From an uncultured delta proteobacterium (GTDB taxonomy: Bacteria > Desulfobacterota > Syntrophia > Syntrophales > UBA2185), in the NCBI GenBank assembly GCA_963729715.1, contig CAVSPA010000003.1:1-64000 (forward strand): a stretch of DNA of 64,000 nt. The letters run 5' to 3'. Both the position numbers and the translations under genes were made by a program. This document shows positions 11,939 through 19,782 of this stretch, piece after piece; position 1 is the first letter of the stretch; each line of letters opens with the position of its first letter. The notes under the pieces are model-generated. The model saw only the letters and a program-made list of their open reading frames with translations. It did not search any database and was not told the DNA's origin.

Positions 11939-12700
11939 ATGGAAGCTGAATTTAAGGAGAGATTTTTACAAGACTGGACAAGGTATTTTCCAGGTGCTGA
12001 ATTGCCTATCGGGTTTTATTATTCCGATACGGCCGAACTGAAATTTATGGCCAAACCACCCAAAGGACACCGTTGCATTATTGGAGATTTAGCGAAAGTC
12101 AGGAACGGGAAAACCCTATGCTTTGACACCCATACGATTGGTTGCGGCGGCGGTAAACGATACCTTGGATTCGAGAGCAAACAAGCACCCAATTTTGAAT
12201 ATTTTCTATCTTATGGAATTCCCGGCAAACTGGAAGGAGAAAGGTATAAGAAATCACCGGAACTTGTCAAAGAACATATGAACTACCAGAAGCCGTCAAA
12301 AGCACCCGGAGACTATATTATCTTCAAAAGATGGGATCAGATGGAGGATAGGGATAAGCCTTTGGTGGTTATTTTCTTTGCCCCGCCTGATGTCCTTTCC
12401 GGTCTTTTTACGCTGGCTAATTATGATGAACCGCAGCCCAACGGCGTCATTGCCCCTTTTGGTGCTGGATGTGCATCTATTGTTGATTATCCCTATAAAG
12501 AACTTGAATCTTCTGAGCCCCGTGCCGTGTTAGGCATGTTCGATGTTTCAGCACGCCCCTGCGTTTCATCCAATGTACTGAGCTTTGCTGTTCCCTGGCC
12601 GAAATATGTCCGCATGGTGGATAACATGAAAGAGAGCTTCCTCATCACCAAATCGTGGGATAAAGTAAGACTGAGAATGAAAGATAAGAAATACTCTTAA
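11939..12700 (+). CDS. DUF169 family protein
   Basis: C.GG..YLG, PFGAGC, D.SAR motifs; near-identical copy at 41674. Confidence 0.8.
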   Translation: MEAEFKERFLQDWTRYFPGAELPIGFYYSDTAELKFMAKPPKGHRCIIGDLAKVRNGKTLCFDTHTIGCGGGKRYLGFESKQAPNFEYFLSYGIPGKLEGERYKKSPELVKEHMNYQKPSKAPGDYIIFKRWDQMEDRDKPLVVIFFAPPDVLSGLFTLANYDEPQPNGVIAPFGAGCASIVDYPYKELESSEPRAVLGMFDVSARPCVSSNVLSFAVPWPKYVRMVDNMKESFLITKSWDKVRLRMKDKKYS

Positions 12701-12731
12701 TCAGCTTTATAAGGTTCTGAAGGAGGAACAA

Positions 12732-14195
12732 ATGGCACTAAGAACAAAGGAAGAATATTTCTCAAAGCTAAAAACACTCAACACGCAACTGTACGCATTT
12801 GGAGAAAGGGTGCAGGACTTTACAAATCACCCTTGCTTGAAACCTCCCATCGAAGCAATCGGACTTGTCTATGAATTGGCATCTCAAAAGGAAAATGAAG
12901 ATTTCCTGACGACCCATTCTCCTTTCATCAACGATAAGATAAGCCGTTTCGTCCATATTATGCAGGATCGGGAAGATCTGGGAACGCGCTTTAGACTGGC
13001 CAGATTCATGGTCCATAAACATGGAGCTTGCATCGGTGCCCGTTGTGTAAGCACAGGAGCCGTCAATTCTGTCTTTGCGGGGACCAAAGATGTGGACCAG
13101 GCTTTGGGGACAAATTATCACAGCCGTTTTCTTGAATTTCTAAAGTATATACAGAGCAATGACCTGGCTGTTGCGGGAGCCATGATGGATGTGAAAGGCG
13201 ATAGAAGCCTCAGCCCTGGCGACCAGAAGGATCCGGACATGTATCTTCGTATTGTTGAAAGGAGAGAAAACGGGATTGTCGTCAGAGGAGCCAAATCAAG
13301 TATTTCCGGCGCGGTCATTGCTGACGAGGTTGTAGTTTTACCCTGTACCACCCTGAAACAAGGAGAAGAGGAATATGCTGTCTGCTTTGCCGTCCCATCT
13401 GACACACCTGGATTACTTCACATAGCGGAAGCTCCTGCCTCCAATGCGAGAAGGTTTATTGGCGATGAGATGGATTATGGGAATGCCAAGTACGGCGCGC
13501 ATGGATCGACCCATTTGATCTTTGATGATGTTTTTGTCCCTTGGGACCGGGTGTTTCTATGTGGTGAGAGCAAATATGCCGGCAGTTACGTGAATTACTT
13601 TGCCCTCCTGCAAAGATTAGCCACTTCCGGATGTAAGACAGGTCATAGAGATCTTCTTATCGGCGCTGCCGCGACTGTGGCTGACTATAATGGTTCAGGC
13701 AATGCCAAGCACATCCGCGACAAGTTGACGGATCTTTACTTTCAGAGTGAACTTTCCGCCGGTTGCGCCCTGGCATCCGTTTATACCGCACGAAAGAGCC
13801 CTTCAGGTGTATTTTTCCCCGACTCCCTATATATCAACATCGCCAAGCTTCAGGGCGTTAACTCGATCTGGAACGGGAATTACATCACGGGTGATATTGC
13901 CGGTGGTCTTGTCTGCACTGTCCCTACTGCCAAAGACTTGAAAAACGATCAGATTGGTAAGTTTGTGGAGAAGTACTTCAAAGCCAAAGAAGGGGTTCCA
14001 ACGGAAAATCGTATCAGGATGATGAGGCTTATCGAGTATCTAACTGGACAGGGCTCGGTTGTTCCTATGGAATCAACGCATGGCGCAGGATCTCCTCAGG
14101 CCCAGAAGATCTTCATCCAGCAATCGCTCATGCAAAATATAGATAAATTCAAAAAAGATGCTATGGAAATGGCTGGAATCAAAGAGAAGAAATAA
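12732..14195 (+). CDS. 4-hydroxybutyryl-CoA dehydratase / HpaB family flavoprotein
   Basis: DVKGDRS, GIVVRGAK, FDDVFVPWDRVF, HGAGSPQAQ motifs. Confidence 0.85.
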   Translation: MALRTKEEYFSKLKTLNTQLYAFGERVQDFTNHPCLKPPIEAIGLVYELASQKENEDFLTTHSPFINDKISRFVHIMQDREDLGTRFRLARFMVHKHGACIGARCVSTGAVNSVFAGTKDVDQALGTNYHSRFLEFLKYIQSNDLAVAGAMMDVKGDRSLSPGDQKDPDMYLRIVERRENGIVVRGAKSSISGAVIADEVVVLPCTTLKQGEEEYAVCFAVPSDTPGLLHIAEAPASNARRFIGDEMDYGNAKYGAHGSTHLIFDDVFVPWDRVFLCGESKYAGSYVNYFALLQRLATSGCKTGHRDLLIGAAATVADYNGSGNAKHIRDKLTDLYFQSELSAGCALASVYTARKSPSGVFFPDSLYINIAKLQGVNSIWNGNYITGDIAGGLVCTVPTAKDLKNDQIGKFVEKYFKAKEGVPTENRIRMMRLIEYLTGQGSVVPMESTHGAGSPQAQKIFIQQSLMQNIDKFKKDAMEMAGIKEKK

Positions 14196-14256
14196 GTGCT
14201 GAGAAGCTGAGATCAGAAATTAACCATAGTTCACATAACAGCAAAGGAGGATAGAA

Positions 14257-14823
14257 ATGGATTTCAAAACACTTTTAATAAACAGGCGTGCCATCAGGGA
14301 CTTTCAAAATAATAAGGAAGTGCCTTTATCAGTAATAAAAGAAATCATTCAGGACACATGTCTTGCCCCGACAGCCACTAATCGCCAACCATGCAAGTTT
14401 ATCATTATCCAGAACCGTGATTACATGAAAAAGCTCTCCGATGAAAGTAAGAAGACCCTCCTTTCCGATCTTGAACGGAATCCTGAGTCACCACTGAAAC
14501 AATATGAACCCCGTCTGCGTGACGAGCAATTCAATGTCTTTTACAATGCACCCTGCCTTGTTTATGTCGTCGGTCCCACAGAGGTGCAGTCACTTGACGT
14601 GGATTGTGGTCTTACGGTTGCATATTTTATGTTCTCTGCCACCTCCAGAGGATTGGGAACCTGCTGGATCGGATTAGGGGCTCATATCCGTGACCGAGAG
14701 ATCCTTGATGACATGGGAGTGCCAAAGGATTGTGAAATAGTTGCACCTGTTATTCTTGGTTACCCGACCAGTGTTCCTCCAGCCTCTGAAAGGCACGCTC
14801 CTGATATACTGAAGATTATATGA
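14257..14823 (+). CDS. Nitroreductase family protein
   Basis: RRAIRDF, APTATNRQP, GLGTCWIG; paralogue at 40370. Confidence 0.9.
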   Translation: MDFKTLLINRRAIRDFQNNKEVPLSVIKEIIQDTCLAPTATNRQPCKFIIIQNRDYMKKLSDESKKTLLSDLERNPESPLKQYEPRLRDEQFNVFYNAPCLVYVVGPTEVQSLDVDCGLTVAYFMFSATSRGLGTCWIGLGAHIRDREILDDMGVPKDCEIVAPVILGYPTSVPPASERHAPDILKII

Positions 14824-15392
14824 AGGATACATATCCCATGAGCAGTGATAGAATTCCCTCCAGAGAGGAATGTGATGGACTCATGGTGCAACATTCCATG
14901 CGACCAAACATCGTTGAGCATTCCATTCAGGTAATGCACGTTTCTCTGGCGATAGCAGACAATCTAAAAAATGGTGTAGCAGTGAACAGGGACCTGGTTA
15001 TTGCAGCCGCACTCCTGCACGACATTACCAAGACGAGATCTCTTAAAACAAAGGAGCGACACGATTTATCGGGCGGAGAGCTTCTACGAGAAATTGGATT
15101 TACAAGCATAGCTGAGATTGTGGAGCAGCATGTTGTCTTGCAGAATTTAAATCCGCAGGGAAGGCTTGAGGAGCGGGAGATTATATACTATGCAGACAAG
15201 AGGGTGATGCACAACAAGATAGTGACTATCGATGAGAGGGTGCATGATCTGTTGCAACGATATGGAAATACAGAGGAGATAGAAAGCCTGATAAGTCAAA
15301 ACAAAGACTTGATACGCGCCGTTGAGAGCAAGATCGCCAGCTTTATGAAAATTGACATAAATAGTGCTATTGAGGAAATAAGAGCGATTTAG
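14820..15392 (+). CDS. HD domain metal-dependent phosphohydrolase
   Basis: H...AALLHDI.K...H...G, YADKR. Confidence 0.85.
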   Translation: MKDTYPMSSDRIPSREECDGLMVQHSMRPNIVEHSIQVMHVSLAIADNLKNGVAVNRDLVIAAALLHDITKTRSLKTKERHDLSGGELLREIGFTSIAEIVEQHVVLQNLNPQGRLEEREIIYYADKRVMHNKIVTIDERVHDLLQRYGNTEEIESLISQNKDLIRAVESKIASFMKIDINSAIEEIRAI

Positions 15393-15400
15393 AGCAACCG

Positions 15401-15790
15401 GTGATGAGTAACAAGGAAGATAAAAGACAGTATAAGTTGTGGAAATATTTTGAATGTCAAAGATGCGGAAAATGTTGTCTTGAACTCGGTCTACCTTATA
15501 ACCAAGAATCACTCTTAAATATGTCTACATATCTAAACATTTCCGAAAAAAAGGTTATCGAAAAATATTATGGGGAATTATCGGATGGTTCTAAATGGGA
15601 ATCGAATGACAGGAAAAGAATTCCATGTCCTTTTTTAAAAAGCACTTGTGCGGGATATTATTGTGAAATCTATCCTGCGAGACCAGAGGGCTGCAGAGTG
15701 TATCCTATGGAATCAGTAGGCGGACGATTTTGCCCAAGATGGGAAATTGCAATCTCAAAATTGAAAAAAGAACAGGAAGAAGAAATATAG
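15401..15790 (+). CDS. YkgJ family Cys-cluster protein
   Basis: C..CG.CC, CPFL, C.IYP.RP..C..YP. Confidence 0.85.
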   Translation: MMSNKEDKRQYKLWKYFECQRCGKCCLELGLPYNQESLLNMSTYLNISEKKVIEKYYGELSDGSKWESNDRKRIPCPFLKSTCAGYYCEIYPARPEGCRVYPMESVGGRFCPRWEIAISKLKKEQEEEI

Positions 15791-15853
15791 GAAGGAGCTC
15801 ATCGATATTCAAGATATCCCCAAAACCCAATACCACACAAACTCCGAGACTCT

Positions 15854-16023
15854 TGACGTTAAAAATCGCGTCTGAATATTTAGGGCTCACGGTATGGAGC
15901 CTGCGCACAAGGATTTGGGCTGGCGAAATACCAGTAGTGAGATTTCGAGGTGGTCGAAAGATATTTATTGATCGGCAAGACCTTGAGGATTTCATCCAGA
16001 GAAATAAAGAAACGTACACTTAA
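15854..16023 (+). CDS. Excisionase-like helix-turn-helix protein (start uncertain, possibly 5'-damaged)
   Basis: LT...ASEYLGL......R.I..GEIP..R..GRKIFIDR.DL; next to att site. Confidence 0.7.
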
Positions 16024-16300
16024 AGGTGAAACCTTATATCTGATTTTTATGTCTGCTCGGTGGCAGTCATGGGGCTGACTGGGAAGAAGAAGTGAAACAG
16101 CGAGATAATCGGATCTATAGTCCGCCGCCTCTATGTGCTAAATTTGTGATAGGCCAGACTGTAAACGGCGAGAAAAGACGGAGATCGACGGAGATAGGTA
16201 GAATAAATAGAATTCAATTTTTACCCAATATTTTAAACAGTGGCGTGAAACCAGACCAGTTATCAAGGGTTTAATAACTTACTGTTATTTCATATATTTT

Positions 16301-16358
16301 GGCCTCAAAATACCCCGACCCCACGGTCATCCCGGTTCGATTCCGGGCTCCGGCACCA
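16301..16358 (+). repeat. Second, more degenerate tRNA-Leu 3' fragment, att site
   Basis: CTCAAAAT...CATCCCGGTTCGATTCCGGGCTCCGGCACCA, direct repeat of 4464-4521. Confidence 0.8.
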
Positions 16359-16368
16359 GAATAAAATC

Positions 16369-16404
16369 AAGAGGTTGCTGATGTCAGCAACCTCTTCTTA
16401 TTTT
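16369..16404 (+). terminator. Intrinsic terminator after att
   Basis: AAGAGGTTGCTGA-tg-TCAGCAACCTCTT then T-rich tract. Confidence 0.75.
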
Positions 16405-16405
16405 G

Positions 16406-16648
16406 CTATTTCTGGGCTTGGTTAGCAATATGGTTAGCATACTTTTCAGTAGGACGCGTTATTTTGTTGGAAAAGTGGAGCATTGTCAACTGGTCCGACT
16501 GATTGTGATGTGAGGCCATGGTTAGCGTCTTCTGACTCATCATATCTTTCACGATTGCCGTCGGTGTGCCTCTAGCGTGTAGCCATGTGTCGTACGTGTG
16601 TCGAAGATCATGGATCCTGATCTTTGTATCCAGACTTGCGCGCCGCAA
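16406..16648 (-). pseudogene. C-terminal remnant of a tyrosine integrase
   Basis: RIHDLRHT motif; later H and Y positions degenerate; no N-terminal part. Confidence 0.75.
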
Positions 16649-16726
16649 AGCATTTTTGAAACCGTGTCTCAGATTCTTAAAAGGCTCTCCATTGTCAAGC
16701 CGGAAGAAAACAAAAGGGGACTGCAG

Positions 16727-17326
16727 ATGTCTGCGATAGCTTACCTCAGAGTGTCAACTGACAGCCAGGACATTAATAAACAGCGTCTTGAGGTCCACGA
16801 ATACGCTCGTAAGCACGATTTCAAGATTAAAGAATTCGTTAAGGTTGAGATGTCCTCCCGGAAGGATCCGCAGGCCCGTAGGATCGAGGAATTGACCGGT
16901 AAACTGAAAGCCGGGGATATCCTTGTTGTATCTGAATTATCGCGCCTGGGACGAAGCTTGGTTGAAGTGATCAACCTGGTAGGGCTTCTTAAAAAGAAGG
17001 TCAGGGTGATTGCGATTAAACAGAATTTAGATCTAAAGTGAAACCATGACATGCAAACGAAGATTCTTGTCACATTATTTTCGCTTCTGGCTGGGTTGGA
17101 GCGGGATATTATCTCGGAGAGAACCAGGGCAGCATTACGGGCCTTGAAAGCCGCTGGGAAGACTTTGGGTCGAAAGCCTGGAACGCTGGGAAAGTCGAAG
17201 CTCGACGGAAAAGAAGACCAGATCCGGGAGCTCTTGAAACACCGCGTGGCAAAGTCGGCGATCGCCAGGATCCTTGGAACCAGCCGGCAGAACCTTATAA
17301 ATTTTATGAAAAGCAGAAAGATATAA
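16727..17326 (+). pseudogene. Serine resolvase/invertase with in-frame TGA at 17039-17041
   Basis: AYLRVST..Q, LSRLGRS, ER..ISERT, C-terminal HTH; both ORF halves are in the same frame. Confidence 0.85.
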
Positions 17327-17383
17327 ATTGACATCGATTTGTCAGAATGCTATACATGTATAACTGAAAAAGGAGCATAAGAA

Positions 17384-17608
17384 ATGTTAGCCATAAGACT
17401 TCCCGCCGAAATAGAAGAACGGCTTGACGCATTGGCAAAAGCTACAGGTCGTAGCAAGAGCTTTTACGTCCGAGAGGCGATCATTGAGCACTTAGCAGAT
17501 CTGGAAGACGTGTATCTTGCTGAGAAACGATTAGAAGACCTCCGAGCTGGCCGGAGTCACACCTATACACTAGAGGAAGTGGAGAAACGACTTGGCCTGG
17601 AGGATTGA
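17384..17608 (+). CDS. RHH antitoxin (RelB-like)
   Basis: LAIRLP...RLD.LA..TGRSKS, LEDVYLA; overlaps RelE-type toxin. Confidence 0.85.
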   Translation: MLAIRLPAEIEERLDALAKATGRSKSFYVREAIIEHLADLEDVYLAEKRLEDLRAGRSHTYTLEEVEKRLGLED

Positions 17609-17867
17609 GATTGACGCAGCTGCGGAAAAAGACCTTGCTAAGTTAGATAAGCCAATAGCACGACGAATCATCAAGTTTCTGCAAGACAGAGTTGCTGCTC
17701 TGGACGATCCGCGCAGCATTGGCGGAGCCTTACAAGGTGTCCAGTTTGGTGAGTTTTGGAAATACCGAGTCGGCGACTATCGAATAATCTCAAAGATAGA
17801 AGACAAAGCTCTGCTTATCCTGGTTGTACGGATAGGTCATCGTAAAAGAGTTTATCGACGCAAATAA
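17592..17867 (+). CDS. relE: RelE/ParE family toxin
   Basis: [30 protein letters not shown]. Confidence 0.9.
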   Translation: MAWRIEIDAAAEKDLAKLDKPIARRIIKFLQDRVAALDDPRSIGGALQGVQFGEFWKYRVGDYRIISKIEDKALLILVVRIGHRKRVYRRK

Positions 17868-17889
17868 AATATGTGAATGCAAAACAATT

Positions 17890-18056
17890 CCTTTGGGAAG
17901 ATATGCGAGGTCAATATCGACGGAAATGCGTGGGAGATCCCTGACAAAGAAATTAATAGCCGTCCTGCCCTTCAGGGCGCAGACGGACTCTTTGTCGATA
18001 AACGGTAATATTCTCAGGAGCAATTCGGCTTGTCTGAAGTATACGGTGTCAATCAC
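17890..18056 (-). pseudogene. abiEii: Truncated AbiEii toxin gene
   Basis: LKG.TAIN.F..DLPR.SVDIDL motif, then homology ends near the relE 3' end. Confidence 0.75.
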
Positions 18057-18067
18057 GTAGACATTCC

Positions 18068-18730
18068 TTAACGATCAGCGGGAACAGTTATCTGATATTT
18101 CGCATCATACCGGCCATGCAGTATGATCATTCGCTTTCCTTTCCCGAGATCGATTCTCGATAAATCCAGCTTCGACAACCAGGTGTGTTCCCGTCTCTCT
18201 GACATATAAAGGAACAGCCTCTTCACCTTCACAGAGCGGCATATCTCCAATAGCTCCTGGACAATATCAGGACGGAGCGTGACTAGGTTTTCCATGATCA
18301 ATTGAGCTTCTTCGAAGCCGATATCTTTGGGAACCAGGTGAAGCATCTCCATGGCCGCCCGTTCCGGTGCTGAGATAGTAACGCGAAAATCCTTTTCTTT
18401 GAGCTCAGTAAATCCTTCCCGGCTTTCCTTAGGGAAGAGATTCGTGCGTGTCACAACAAACTGAACGTTGTGACGATCTCCTTTGAACCAGGCCGGTAAA
18501 ATCAACTCTCGTGGACCATATAGATAGACCTTATTCTGCTTTGCCGGTAGGTAATGAGCATAACCTTTCCGTTCAAGGGCTGTTTTTCCTCCCGCATGTA
18601 CAGGGAGTCCGAGTTGAGTCTGAAGGGTATAAAGAGCGCCCTGCCACGCGATCTTATCCCCCGAAAGAATATAGGCACCTCTGTCAAGTTTTTCTATCCA
18701 GCCACTCCCTTTATACCTTCTCAGGAGTTC
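18068..18730 (-). pseudogene. abiEi: AbiEi-type antitoxin, 5' part disrupted
   Basis: SAPERA..E, LRP...Q.LL..C.SVKVKRLFLY, LGKGKR; upstream frame continues (WQGALYTLQ, HAGGKTAL) without a clean start. Confidence 0.7.
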
Positions 18731-18973
18731 ATAACTGAAACCACGGGAAGTAAGGTACGAGGTAACGCCTACCGTACCTTTCGGCCATAGATTGATAAGG
18801 CGGTTTATTTTTGTCTTTTTATCGGTATCCGTAGTACCTGAAATGCCACATTTTTAAACTAAAGCCAAAGGATAGTTTAAATATTAATTTAAATTGGTAC
18901 TAATAGTACCAATTTATGAGTGTATTTAAACCAAATGGGATCAGATAAATCTAGGAGTAATGGATGACAGCAT

Positions 18974-19031
18974 GTAAACTATCACCGGCTTTGTTGGTGG
19001 CCTTGAAAATGCTGCAAGCCTATGGACAATG
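18974..19031 (-). repeat. Degenerate right-end fragment of the 192-bp IS200/IS605-like element
   Basis: GTAAACTATCACCGGCTTTGTTGGTGGCCTTGAAAATGCTGCAAGCCTATGGACAATG matches the element end starting at 42708. Confidence 0.8.
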
Positions 19032-19036
19032 AAAGA

Positions 19037-19342
19037 TTATGCCACTCGGATTCTCACACGAGATTCTATTCCCGGCCAGGTAGTTCTCCTGGCAATGCGC
19101 AAATCATAATCCGTTTGCAGATTTAACCAGATCTCAGGAGACACACCGAAATATTTTCCAAGACGCAGCGCGGTATCTGCGGTAATCGCCCGCTTGCCAT
19201 TGATAATCTCGCTGATTCGGCCAGGCGGTACGTCAATGTCCCTGGCCAGTTGATTGATGCTCAAGCCCACGGGCTTCATAAACTCCTCGAAGAGAATCTC
19301 GCCGGGCGGAATGGGATCAAATTTTTCTATCTTTCTATGCAT
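19037..19342 (-). CDS. higA: HigA antitoxin (XRE HTH)
   Basis: PGEIL.EEF, ISEIINGKRAITADTALRL, WLNLQ..YDL. Confidence 0.92.
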   Translation of the reverse strand: MHRKIEKFDPIPPGEILFEEFMKPVGLSINQLARDIDVPPGRISEIINGKRAITADTALRLGKYFGVSPEIWLNLQTDYDLRIARRTTWPGIESRVRIRVA

Positions 19343-19351
19343 ATCAATCTC

Positions 19352-19630
19352 CTAATGGTAATCCGTGATTCCCACATCAAAGGCATTGCCGTCTCGCCAC
19401 TTGAAACAGATTCGCCATTGATCGTTAATACGGATACTATGTTGTCCTTTTCTATCCCCCTTGAGAGTCTCCAATCGGTTGCCTGGAGGCGTTGACAGAT
19501 CGTGGAGTGTTCGTACACTATGAAGATATAAGAGCTTACGTCTCGCTTGCCACTCAATTGATTGGTAGCGGTGCACAGGAGAGTCGTTGAACAGTACTTC
19601 TGTTTCTCTGCATGAAAAGGATTTAATCAT
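19352..19630 (-). CDS. higB: HigB toxin
   Basis: MIKSF, PPGNRLE.LKG.R.GQHSIRINDQWRICF, DYH. Confidence 0.92.
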   Translation of the reverse strand: MIKSFSCRETEVLFNDSPVHRYQSIEWQARRKLLYLHSVRTLHDLSTPPGNRLETLKGDRKGQHSIRINDQWRICFKWRDGNAFDVGITDYH

Positions 19631-19782
19631 AGATGAATTATATTACTCATTACGTAATATGTCAAGCAGAATGATTGCAGAATGATTCAGCGGAATGATT
19701 CAACGAAATAATGTCGGTTTCAAATCAATAAGTAAAAAACGATCATGACCGAACACATAATTGTCGAAAAATGTTTCATACA

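Noticed and set aside
6759..16023. Classical integron cassette array
   Set aside because: No RYYYAAC/GTTRRRY attC structures between genes; recombinases lack an evident IntI patch
17039..17041. Selenocysteine or recoded TGA in resolvase
   Set aside because: Non-catalytic position, no SECIS recognised, and TGA is a normal stop elsewhere
19670..19702. GAATGATT x3 upstream of higB, and the 14-bp tandem duplication near 24433-24460
   Set aside because: Too short; consistent with slippage or a simple operator
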